A DNA stretch of 63,411 nt, filler included, from Octopus bimaculoides (taxonomy: Eukaryota): NCBI RefSeq assembly GCF_001194135.2. It is 6 parts of 5 records of this genome, joined end to end, with 100 filler letters (N's around TTAATTAATTAA, not from the genome) between each part and the next. Parts side by side here need not be neighbours in the genome. Positions count along the whole stretch, not along the records: positions 42,615 to 59,231 come from NC_068995.1; positions 59,332 to 61,587 come from NC_069003.1; positions 61,688 to 63,411 come from NW_026341359.1; 3 more parts are not named here. One strand, given 5' to 3'. A program made the position numbers and the translations under genes. Positions 51,370-63,411 of this stretch are shown piece by piece. The notes beneath the pieces were generated by a model. It worked only from the letters and a program-made list of their open reading frames with translations. It was not told the origin of the DNA and searched no databases. Position 1 is the stretch's first letter; each line of letters opens with the position of its first letter.

Positions 51370-52270
51370 CTGTCTCTGCTAAAGGGAGTTGTAAGAGCAT
51401 TCGATAGGCAGCAGCTTCTAGCAACCCATGTTCCAGTGTGCCATTGTTAGAGAGAAGATCATATCTCATGCATGCTACCTAAAATGGTGGCAGGATTTTT
51501 CGTTCTACAGTGGGCAAATCCTGGAAGCTCACGGTGCCTGAAACATTCAGCAGCAACATTCGCAGGTGAAACTTTTCTGTGTGTCTAGATCTTACTGTAT
51601 ACATTCTACTGATGATATCAGTATTCCTTTGCCTTGATGTCCATGTTCTAGTGCAACGAATTGCCAAGGTACAAATGGTTCCTTGTATCATCATCATGAT
51701 GCACATTCAGTTTGAACCATGCAGTGAAGGTAGATACAGTCCCTTTATGCCTGAGCAGCTTGCTGAGCGCTGCCTGTGTGAAAGTAAACGCTTTGCTTGT
51801 CTTAAAGATGTACTAATGTGAGACCTGTCAAGTAGCTTGAACTCTGACAGTCTCCATATAGCTTCCGGGGAAGAAACATATCGGCAAGCAAGATAATTAG
51901 TAATTTTATTGTTTCATTATGCTTACGATCTGTCGTTGGGCTGTCTCTTACTTCAACAGAATCAATCATGTCCCTTGTACACGTACTTGAATATATATTT
52001 AATGCTTTTCACGGATGAACAAATTTCTACATCAATGTGAGCTCTATACTTTCTAGTCTTACTTGTCTCCTCCTATCTTGATGCAGGTGTTCCTCGCTTT
52101 CTTCAACCTCTAGTGACGTTGGACACAGTTGCTGACGTTTCCTGTCTCTCTCCAGGATTTCCTGCTCTGCTCTTCCCTTATCCTCTGCCTGTAGAGCCTC
52201 ATTCTCGCGCGAGCAGCTTCCAGTTTTTGTTACTGGTTCATGATGAATGCAGTTTATATGCACAAAAAGT
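51370..52270 (-). mobile_element. Helitron RepHel fragment, internally deleted
   Basis: AHIDVEICSSVKSIKYIFKYVYKGHD..RYVSSPEAIWRL..TAWFKLN..RQR..ISRMYTV..EKFHLRMLLLNVSGTVSFQDL: canonical Helitron region between Rep and helicase. Confidence 0.9.
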
Positions 52271-52837
52271 AATACAAGAAAATATATATACAGAACACGA
52301 AGAAAACAATTGATAAAAATGGACTGTTATAGGCAATTCGAATCTTCTATGTTTCACTCACTAAGTCAGCCCTCTTTAATTTTGCGGTTCTGAATTTTGA
52401 TTATTCTCAGGTAATTACCTTATCTCGTATATTAAGAATATGTTGTTATTTGGAATTGAAGTTTGAAATTTGAGCCTAGAAACAGACAGCAAGTCATTAA
52501 CAGCTTGTTACCTTAGCAACCGCTCATTGTTTCTGGAAGTGCTCCCACGCAAGTCACTGCCACCCGCAAAAAAAAAAAAACCCTCCACATGTGGAGTAAT
52601 ATTTCATTTCAGTTTCAAAATTTGCTTTATTTATTTATTTTATTAGATAGATATATTTGCCCGAGGCAGATTACGTTTGAATAACATTTCATTTCAGTTT
52701 TAAAATTTGCTTCATTAGATATATACACAAAAATCCCATCCCCGATTTACAGTTTACACGTGTCTATACACAAACACGCACACACACACGCGCGCACAAA
52801 CACACGCACACGCACACACACACACAAACACACACAA

Positions 52838-52868
<31 letters not shown>

Positions 52869-52929
52869 ATTATATAGATATGAATAGGTATGTGTCTCTC
52901 TGTCTATCTATATCTCTGTCTATCTCTCT

Positions 52930-52942
52930 TTCTCTCTATCTG

Positions 52943-52985
<43 letters not shown>

Positions 52986-53417
52986 GTAATACATACTGAA
53001 TGCTACACACATACACACACACACATGTTATCACCACGCACTCTCTCTCTCCCTCTCCCTCTCCCTCTGACTCTTTCTCTCTCACTACCTCTCTGTCCCT
53101 CCTCTGTTTAGAAAAGTAAAAGTGATATCGAAATTTTGGTGTGGTTATTTCTCTTTTATTTAACAATGTGCCGATGTATTTACCTATCTACTTGACATCC
53201 GTTTCGCAGAAGACAAGTTGATAGATAAATATATCGGCACATTGTTAAATCAAAGAGAAATAACCACAGTACATTTTCGATGTTACTTTTAGTTTGCGAT
53301 ACAGAGGAGAGACAGAGTGGTTGTGAGAGAGAGAAAGAGTTAGACTGAGAGGGAGAGGAAGGGAGAGAATGTGGTGATAAAAAGTGTGTATGAACGTGTG
53401 ATATTCTGTGTCTGTTT

Positions 53418-53468
<51 letters not shown>

Positions 53469-53470
53469 TT
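52930..53470. repeat. ~540-bp palindrome with microsatellite-containing arms; third partial arm at 53500-53660
   Basis: 53110-53194 pairs with 53214-53300; symmetry continues through (CT)n/(AG)n, (CA)n/(TG)n and (ATCT)n/(AGAT)n. Confidence 0.85.
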
Positions 53471-54149
53471 CATGTATGTATAGATATGTATAGATATATG
53501 TGTCTGTCTATAAACATACACAGACTGTCACACGTTCACACACACAGACATATACTCACTTACACACGTATACACACACAACATTTTCTATCACCAGTCT
53601 CTCTCTGCCTCTCCCTCTGAATCTGACTCTTTCTCGCTCACTATTTCTCTGTACCTCCTCTTATATATTATATGAAGAGCGTACCGGACGGACGAGCTCA
53701 GGAAGGAACAAGTAGAATTATAATATGATGATGTAAGTGCAATAAGACGTTCTAATACGATTGAAATCGGCACGAATCGTAATATAGCAATAATAAGGAA
53801 AACCGCTGCAATACTACAATTAGCACACAAACTATCGGTAATGTTAGGGTTAACGATTCTGATAAATATAATCGACATACAAATAACAAGGATTATCCTT
53901 CAAGTATCAACATCAGTAATCATAATCTCCACGTTATTGCTGGCTAAAACATGACTACTGATGATAAGAATGAAATAATTCACCATAACATTACACATTA
54001 ATATGAATAGTTATGAGTTGATGTATCATAAGCGAAATACAAGCGAGAAGAGATAATGCAAAGCGTACAATTGATGTTCTGAAAGATAATATTAGTTATC
54101 TATCTATTTCTCATACCGTCAGGAGCTATTCATAAAGGTTATAGCAAAT

Positions 54150-54760
54150 TACATATGAGCATGGTCTGGTTTAATCCTCCGTTCGGATTAAATATTGCAG
54201 CCACATTGCAGCCATTTTATTCCGTGCTTTGAATAAACATATCCTTGCATTCAAGCCTCATAAGATATTAGAGCGACAAAAACTAAAACTATCTTAGTTC
54301 ACAAGACCTAACATTGCAGAATACTTAGCTAGGTATAACCGTACGAACCTGAAGCATCTCTCTCAAACGGCAATATAACCCCTAAAGTTTCTAGCCGTAC
54401 ATGTGCATCTAGTAATTTACCAAATGGTATAGATGTACCTTCAGCAAATAATAAAAATGGTGACTCACTAAATACTAATAGTTATGCCCACTACACATGA
54501 TAGCCTCACTATATTGAATAAGTTTTGCAACTATAGATATGCCCAGAGTGTCTACAAAATTTCTGTACAAGCACTTGGCATACTCCATATATATGGAGGT
54601 ATTGCATCTAACCATATGGAACCTAGAAGATATAACTACAATGTAGCTTTACAGAGGAACGTAATCCTACTTTTACCTCATTACATTTATGCCTTTCGAT
54701 GCTTGCTGATAAAAATATCGAAGATGATATTGCTTGATCGTTTAAAGGAAAACAACTTAT
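54150..54760 (+). mobile_element. Penelope-like element, decayed linker and GIY-YIG region
   Basis: MVWFNPPFGLNIA..LNKH..HKILERQKLKLS*..PNIA, then SVYKISV..IYGGIASN..RRYN..HYIY. Confidence 0.7.
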
Positions 54761-55582
54761 AAGAGCAGAAATGCTAACTGCGATTTGTTCTTATCTAGAA
54801 TTTATGAAGTAATTAGGTGTAAATCAATTCTTATTAACCAACGTGATGTGACGATAATTACACGTCCATATGTGTATCACATTTGCATTCTGCACAATCC
54901 GAATAACAAATATATTAGCTATTGTAGAGAGGTAGTGGTGTGTTGCTTATGAACTATGAAGTATATAGCGAACTTAACATTTGTTAGTGCTATTATTTTT
55001 AATACGTTTAGTAGATCGTGTGAAACTATAGTCCCTTCACTTATTCTTTGAACACAACTATGAATTTTATTTTAACGACGCTAATTATTTGAGCTTAAAC
55101 TTTAATAAATTTTAATAGATGAAGTGCGTGGTCGTTAGGGTGTAGCACTAATGATCCTACGTTTATATTACCGATTTATGAATCTTCTTTTTATATAATT
55201 TCAGCCCAGTTTGCTGTCAAAAACGAGTATTCTTGCGATGAATTGGTGTTCCCTCCACAAGTGAAATATATACATCAGAAAATCTGGGAAACTGAGTGTC
55301 TATGCCCCAGGAAAAATCTGTGATATTTTTAAAATGTATTCTTTCATTAATTCATAATTGATTATAGTACGACTACTAACCTTGTTTTAGTAACTTAATG
55401 TCCTTCCTCAGTGAATTGGTAAATGATCGTAAAATATTAGACACATCCTTCACACAGATTTCAAGTTAATCGTTCATTTACTGTTGCTGTCACGAAAATT
55501 CTGCGGTTACTGTAGTCCGTAAAACTCATCAATATGATGAATACTTTGATTTCTATATGTTATTTTGTATATACTATATACT

Positions 55583-55614
<32 letters not shown>

Positions 55615-55901
55615 NNNNNNNNNNNNNNNNNNNNNNNNNNNNNNNNNNNNNNNNNNNNNNNNNNNNNNNNNNNNNNNNNNNNNNNNNNNNNNNNNNNNNN
55701 NNNNNNNNNNNNNNNNNNNNNNNNNNNNNNNNNNNNNNNNNNNNNNNNNNNNNNNNNNNNNNNNNNNNNNNNNNNNNNNNNNNNNNNNNNNNNNNNNNNN
55801 NNNNNNNNNNNNNNNNNNNNNNNNNNNNNNNNNNNNNNNNNNNNNNNNNNNNNNNNNNNNNNNNNNNNNNNNNNNNNNNNNNNNNNNNNNNNNNNNNNNN
55901 N

Positions 55902-55945
<44 letters not shown>

Positions 55946-56079
55946 TTAATAATTGTTTTAGCGTTAAAGCGGTGGTCATGCTGGGTCAGTCATATATGTC
56001 TTTCATATTTAGATGTTTTAGTCATAGAGCAGCACCCATACTGGAGCATATATATCTTTTATCTTTTAAAAGCCTCAGG

Positions 56080-56410
56080 CACAGGGCAGCAGCCATGCTG
56101 GGTAACCACGTTGGAAGTTTTGGTCGAATCCAGTCCTTAGATTGTCGTCCGTGTTACTATATTTATCGGTCTCGTTTACCAAACCACTAATTTACGGGGA
56201 CGTAAACGAACCAACGCAAGTTGTCAAGTAGTGGTGGGGGACAAACACATACACTTAGACGGGCAAAAATAAATACATATGTATATTTATACGATGGGTT
56301 TCTTTCAGTGTCCGCCTACCAAATCTACTCAGAAGAGCTTGGCCGCCAAAGGTGCACCATAGTAGGACAGAACACGGAAACATGTGATTGGCAAGGAAAC
56401 TTCGTATCAG
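56080..56410 (-). mobile_element. Family B SINE, degenerate
   Basis: cagccatgctgg tail; ttacggggacgtaaac..gtcaag..ggacaaacac; ctttcagtgtccgcctaccaaatctactca. Confidence 0.7.
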
Positions 56411-56667
56411 AAACACGTGTTAGACAGATTGACAGAAAGGAAGAGAGATGCATATAACGTGAGATATTAGACAAAATACAGATATATCGAACGAAGCGAC
56501 TGAGAGATAGAGAGAGAAAAACAGCTGGGTAATATCAACAATGAGAAGAAAGCGAATTAATTGTTAGTTTGTCGGGGTTTAACTTATTTTAGTCATAAAG
56601 TAATTTTTATGTAGATTATGTTTCAGAACCCATATACCTCACAATATAACTCTTTCTCTATCCCTGT

Positions 56668-56706
<39 letters not shown>

Positions 56707-57261
56707 NNNNNNNNNNNNNNNNNNNNNNNNNNNNNNNNNNNNNNNNNNNNNNNNNNNNNNNNNNNNNNNNNNNNNNNNNNNNNNNNNNNNNNNNNNNNNN
56801 NNNNNNNNNNNNNNNNNNNNNNNNNNNNNNNNNNNNNNNNNNNNNNNNNNNNNNNNNNNNNNNNNNNNNNNNNNNNNNNNNNNNNNNNNNNNNNNNNNNN
56901 NNNNNNNNNNNNNNNNNNNNNNNNNNNNNNNNNNNNNNNNNNNNNNNNNNNNNNNNNNNNNNNNNNNNNNNNNNNNNNNNNNNNNNNNNNNNNNNNNNNN
57001 NNNNNNNNNNNNNNNNNNNNNNNNNNNNNNNNNNNNNNNNNNNNNNNNNNNNNNNNNNNNNNNNNNNNNNNNNNNNNNNNNNNNNNNNNNNNTATATATA
57101 TATATATATATATGAGTGTGTGTGTGTATATATATGCACATATATAGATAGATACATACATACATGCATACATACGCGCCCGTGTTTACACTTATATGTA
57201 AATATACACATGCATTTACATGTATATATATTATTCTCTACTCTAGGAAGAAGGCCCGACA

Positions 57262-57446
57262 TTTTGAGTGAGGGAGCTAGTCGATTAGACCGACCCCAGT
57301 ATGCAACTGGTACTTAATTTATCGATATGGAAAGGATGAAATCTAAGTCGACCACGGTGGAATTTGAACTCTGAACGTAAAGACAGACGAAATACCGCTA
57401 AGAATTTCGCCCGGGGTGCTAACGTTTTTGCCAACTCGCCGCCTTA
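57262..57446 (-). mobile_element. Family A SINE
   Basis: cgaccccagtatgcaactggtacttaatttatcga..ggaatttgaactctgaacg..gccaactcgccgcctta. Confidence 0.85.
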
Positions 57447-57651
57447 TACATGTATATATATTAAAAAACAGACTCACAGGTATCTGTTTGATGCATGTGC
57501 GTGCGTGTGTGCATGTGTTTGTGAGCGGACGTGCGTATGTTGTGTAAATTCTCCAATTCTAGGAATCTTGACATACACCCGCAAGTTGACAGATGTTTAT
57601 GTACATAACTATATATCCATTCATATACACTTGTAAAAGTAAAGTTACGTT

Positions 57652-57682
<31 letters not shown>

Positions 57683-57685
57683 TAT

Positions 57686-57722
<37 letters not shown>

Positions 57723-60137
57723 GTGTGTGTGTGTGTGTGTATGTGTGCGTATTTGTATGTTTGGGTGTCTATACATACATATATATGTATGTGTGTATGT
57801 GTGCGTGTGTATGTACAGTATTTCATGAAGTCTTGTAAGGTAATAGAGAAATATGTGTGTAACTATGCATATACACATATGCGGTAATATATCTACATCT
57901 GCAGCCATGCGAAGCGACTTACAGATGTATGTTTACATATACTTTAACAGAACCCACGTCACTACCATAAAACAGTATACGTGCTCTGCTTAATGCCGAA
58001 TATTTTTCAACGCTAGGGGCTATTATGATATCTAGTACTACAGAAGTAAATATAGGAGCGTATGTGTTATCTACGTTATAATATCGCACAGAGGCATATA
58101 ACAACGAAACACGCGTTAATAAATTCGAATATGTGTACATGGCATGTTTTACGGCATAACATCTAACGTTTTCAATCACCAAACGAAATAAAGTATCCAC
58201 GAACTCTTCACTTCATTTAAAGTTAAAAGTACGTGATTTGCTGTAAGGTAATTTCAGTCACAAATCATCCTGTTCTTCAGTGCCCAACCTCAAGTGGAAT
58301 ATGAAAACAACCACCTCTACGACTACTACAGCAATCAAATTACTGCTTCAATCGCTAACTTTTCTTCAGATGCACATGCATGCCCGCATACACGTTGAAC
58401 TCTGCGATCTGGCACATGTGTCTGGCGAACATATTTTGGTTGCAATAAACTAAGGAATTGTTTTGAAAAAGTTATTATTCGCCACAATATTTATAGTGAT
58501 GCTAGTGATTCTTCTTTAACTTTATCATTTCTTCTTGTTACTCTTGTTCTTTAGGGTTCGATCTTTCCAGAATATGATGTGCAAAAAATAAATGTTTAAT
58601 ACGATTTGTACAGCGTGTAGTTTATAGCAGATAAACGTACACGCACACACACACACACATACATGCACACACAGAAGCACGCACGCATACATACCCATGC
58701 ACGCACCGGCACACACATACGCATGCAGGCACACACACACACACACGCACACACGCACACACACACACGCACAAACACTTAAGCACAGAGTCATTCGTCC
58801 TTTCATTCTTTCAGAAAAGTTTTCCTTCTTTCTTTTGCTATCTTTATCTTACTCTCTCTACCCACCTAGCTCTATTTATCTATCTCTCTATCTATCTATC
58901 TCACTATCTATCTATCTATCTATCTATCTCTTCTCACGGACGTGCTGTCACATCGGCTGCGAAGGTAAACGTTTATTTGACCTTTTACTGTCCACATTTT
59001 GTTGGAATTTTTTAATAATTTTGTTGCGAAGCACCTAGGCTTCATTTGTGTGTATTTTCAAGGGCAGGAATTGACCCCCAGGGGCAGTTTCGGCCCTAGC
59101 AAAATACAAAAATTTCCTTCTTGACATTTGAAAAATGTCGAGAAACATAATTTTGGAACGCTTGTCTTGTTCTTTTGACAAGCATTTCCCGAGGCTTCAG
59201 ATGCCAGAAGAGAAAAAAGAACAGAATAGCGNNNNNNNNNNNNNNNNNNNNNNNNNNNNNNNNNNNNNNNNNNNNTTAATTAATTAANNNNNNNNNNNNN
59301 NNNNNNNNNNNNNNNNNNNNNNNNNNNNNNNTCCCCTAACCCTAGAATCCGAACTCTAAAATTGTTACACACATAGATACGCACACCGTAATTTATTATA
59401 TAAACAATATATGCGTATACATTACGATTAAACCGGATGAAATATGTCACAGGGAATAACATTTTTATGACCGCCCAGCAGTAACTCTATTCAGCTGAAT
59501 AGACGTCAGTGATTGGTTGAAATTACAGAAATATGACAACTTTAACATGGAATAACTTGCGATGTACGTTTTTTTGTTAAGAAGACTAAGAGTAAAAGAT
59601 GTTTTATATGACACATTCTACCAGTGTCCCAAGTTTCAAAGTGTTTCGTTAAGAAAATGCTGGTGCCCCCGTTTTGAAATAGATCCCCATCTTACTCTTA
59701 AAACGTTGTTTTACGTTCTTCCAGGGAGTATTTTGGTGTCACACCTATTTCAGTAATCCCATTGTACCACTCCAACAATCAGAATATATAGTATAAAAGT
59801 TGCATATTTACCGCTAAACTTTTTACGAAATTAAATTTATTTTTCAATGTACTTGGAAATTTTTTTTTTTTCTTTTCAAATTTTCTACGAAAAACTACAA
59901 TCTGACTGAAACTGCAAATGTCGATATCCTAAAAATAACAGCCAAATGCCTGGATAACTTTTGTGTCTGTGTGCGCGCGCAGAACAATTTCAATGACATA
60001 GGAATAAACAGAAAGTACAGAAATATATGTTCTACATACCTGTTATATAGGTCAGCTTTCGTTTTCGCATCCATGAGGTTTTTGAGGATCACGGAAAAGC
60101 TATTCGATGCACCCACTAAAAGATTTTGGGGATGGGG

Positions 60138-60275
60138 GCTAATGCAGATTCACACCTCCCCAATCGGAAATGCATTTTTCTGAAAAAGTTTATTCTGACA
60201 TGTAAAACCCAGGATTCCAAATAAACTTTTTCAGAAAAGTGCATTTTTCTAGGAGTGGTGAAAAGTTGCATTAGC
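60138..60275. repeat. ~140-bp hairpin next to the Merlin 3' end
   Basis: gctaatgca..tttttctgaaaaagtttatt (60138-60194) pairs with aataaactttttcagaaaa..tgcattagc (60219-60275). Confidence 0.8.
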
Positions 60276-60291
60276 ACACCTGGAATTGCGA

Positions 60292-61230
60292 TTAAGCAGT
60301 CGAAAAGTGTGATTGGTCTGTGAGGGGGGGGGCGTATAGTTGGGCTGCCTGCCGAAAGAATTTGTGAAGTAACAAAAATTTATTTCTCTCCGAGGAGATA
60401 AATAAATATCTAGACAGATATTGATTTAAATATTTCAACCAGATCCCTGGTCGCCGAATCCATTCTTTTACATCCCTCCACAAACGTTCAATGTTTTGTG
60501 TGGGTGTCGGATGAACAAAGTTTTCAGAATGATTTACCACGTTAATGGTGGTAACCCAAACTGTTTAGATCTTTGTAGGCGGCCCAAGAATCGCTGTAAA
60601 TAATTGAACCCTTTTAATGTTTTTGGATCCGAGAAACCAGTGTCGCTTTGTCACGCTTCACAACAAAACGACGCTTACTGGTTCGCTCTATTTCACCAAA
60701 CAACTAAACTTGGCTCAGAATTCGACCCCTCCCGTACTTACGACGAACAATCAAAGAAAGACTCATCAATTTCGACTTCGATTGATTCGCCGCCGAACAA
60801 AACGATCTCCAGTCCAAGCTAGTTGCTGAACCCAATTCCAGGTTTTCCATGACTGTGTAATGCATCCACGAAGCATGCAGAAATTCATTCACAAAGAGAA
60901 TGAGTTTCCATGGAGGAAGGCGTGCATTATGAAGAAAGGACCAATGAAAGTCCGATATAGAATAGCCACAATGACGCCGCTTTTTCTATTTAGCGACAGT
61001 GTAAATTTTTCTACATCGCCAGACATGTTGGTCTTCTCTGTACACGCGTTCGTTTCCACATCGGGGACATGTCACAGAAGTGGGAAGGACACCATGATTC
61101 CAAAGAAATTCTATAGCTTTTCCGTCTTCCTCAACAAAGTTACGGATGCAAATATATTTGTATTCGCAAGAGGCGCAGGACATCCTTCCAGTCAAACGAC
61201 AGGTCAGCAAATGTCGCGTTCTTATTTTTA
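60292..61230 (-). mobile_element. Merlin (IS1595/ISXO2-like) transposase, frameshifted
   Basis: N-terminal AIEFL..GVLP..CPRC..WRC; VEIDES..KY.RGR..W; VNHSENFV..TQNIERLWRDVK..YL. Confidence 0.9.
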
Positions 61231-61237
61231 TGGTTCT

Positions 61238-61273
<36 letters not shown>

Positions 61274-62839
61274 TCTCTCTCTCTCTCTGTCCTCTCTCTC
61301 TCTCTCTCTCTGTCCTCTCTCTAAGTTTTACAGCTTTATTCCAGTGTTTTAAGAAGAAAAAAAACAAAAATCTTTCGTGCCCTAATTTTTGCGTGTGGGA
61401 GAGGGGGAGAAAGATGAACGATTTAAAATAAATATATCATAATTGTTGTGTGAGAAATTATATATATTCTGATGAGGGGGGTGACTGTGCGCCAAAAAAA
61501 TGTTGGGCTAACAGCTGAAGTATTCAAATTCTTTCCAACAATTGAAAGATCAGTAGTTCCATCCAAAAGGCGTCGCTTACGTACATCNNNNNNNNNNNNN
61601 NNNNNNNNNNNNNNNNNNNNNNNNNNNNNNNTTAATTAATTAANNNNNNNNNNNNNNNNNNNNNNNNNNNNNNNNNNNNNNNNNNNNATCTCAGTAGATA
61701 GACAAGATGAACTCGAAGGAATGAGACGTCTGTACGTCATTGAATTAAACGTATCTCAAATCTCTATGAACCACTAGCTGGAATCCAGTGGCAAGTATAT
61801 TGCAAGATGACTGGTAGCTATAACAACTACATATTTGATTTCAGACTATTTTCTCTTAGACTTTTCCCACCAAAGGGTACCTTCTAGTCAGTAGGTACTT
61901 GAGAGAAATGTTTGCACAGAATTGGATACCTATCGATTGTCAGGAGTTCATCTGCCCTGTAATGGAGATTTTGTTTTTTTTTATCATGCAGTGTGTGCAT
62001 ACATACATACATACATACATGCATACATACATATATACATACATANNNNNNNNNNNNNNNNNNNNNNNNNNNNNNNNNNNNNNNNNNNNNNNNNNNNNNN
62101 NNNNNNNNNNNNNNNNNNNNNNNNNNNNNNNNNNNNNNNNNNNNNNNNNNNNNNNNNNNNNNNNNNNNNNNNNNNNNNNNNNNNNNNNNNNNNNNNNNNN
62201 NNNNNATTCATACATACATACCTACATACATACATACATACATACATACATACATGCTCATATACATATGTAAATACAGTCATAAGTGCATGAAGACATA
62301 CACTCATACACATACAGATACATTCGTACACATGCATAGATGCAGATAGATGTGAATAAGACGGTTATGAAAACACCATGTGTATTCCCCCGTTTTCTTT
62401 CTACAGAGTTGGCGTTATATACACTAGTGTAATTTATTGAATTCGTCTTAATTATACAATTATACCGCCGACAAGTGAACCATAAACCTATCAATCTTAC
62501 TATTTCAACTAAGTTCTTGTATGCGGCAGATATAAATTGCAACCGCTATGAAGTTCTATTTTCTGGAATGAAATATGGGTTTCTCACTCTCTGAAGAGTT
62601 TCCAATCGGCCATCAAACATGCTTAAGCAATTATTCGTCATTTTACAGAGTTTCACTACATAAACCCTTTGATCAACATGCGGCATTAGCAGAAGACACT
62701 TGTACAAAGCAGCCACACTGCATGATTTGAAACCACAACCACGTAGATGGGAATCGAAAACGCTAATTACACATCCGTGTGTCACCATGCATGAATGATT
62801 TTATACATGTATGCACGTATTGCATATATATATATGTAT

Positions 62840-63009
62840 TAGATGGATAGCTAGATATGTAGATAGATAGATGGATAGATCGATAGATATAGATAAATAG
62901 ANNNNNNNNNNAGATATGTAGATAGATAGATGGATAGATCGATAGATATAGATAAATAGAAAGATAGATAAATAGACAGACAGATAAATAGATAGATAAA
63001 CAAATAGAT

Positions 63010-63049
<40 letters not shown>

Positions 63050-63059
63050 NNNNNNNNNN

Positions 63060-63097
<38 letters not shown>

Positions 63098-63110
63098 GAA
63101 GATAGATAGC
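62840..63110 (+). repeat. (GATA)n microsatellite with small gaps
   Basis: Direct reading; the block before the gap at 62902 is repeated after it. Confidence 0.95.
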
Positions 63111-63373
63111 TATTTCTGTCCTGTCAAATTAATCTGCCTACCTGAATGTATTATGAATCACTGTAAATCATATTCAAACGTGTACACTCCAACCACACAT
63201 ACATGCAATGCATACATACATACATACATACATAATTACATACATATATACAGAAATGCATGCATGTATACATACTATACATACATGATTTCATACAGAC
63301 ATGCATATGTATATATTGACAATATACATTTAGAGTTATGCCTGAACTAGCATACACAAATATACACGTACAC

Positions 63374-63411
<38 letters not shown>

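Noticed and set aside
59330-59345. CCCTAACCCTA telomere-like motif
   Set aside because: Fewer than two units next to a gap; not an array.
62853-62960. Duplicated GATA-derived block
   Set aside because: Flanks a short N gap; assembly artefact.

Overview
AT-rich, gap-riddled eukaryotic DNA dominated by microsatellites and decayed transposable elements. The repeat landscape (tRNA-derived SINE families, dense (TA)n/(CA)n/(TAA)n arrays, R4-type LINEs) suggests a coleoid cephalopod, probably Octopus; this is inference. No intact gene, RNA gene or CRISPR array is supported, and most ORFs in the track are translated microsatellites. Identifiable elements are R4/Dong-type RLE LINE fragments (five of them stacked on one strand with a non-coding element in a ~6.5 kb block), RTE and CR1-group LINE 3' ends, Penelope-like fragments, mariner, Merlin/IS1595-type and Helitron relics, three SINE families and several long palindromes. 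The best second-look items are an ORF1-only L1/Tx1-like element with a 12-bp TSD splitting a SINE head, a minimal hammerhead ribozyme motif, the microsatellite-nested retroelement stack, a possible minus-strand spliced host gene, and a short 16S-like NUMT candidate. SINE family letters A-C and element D are my own working labels. Repeat boundaries are read by eye and are approximate.
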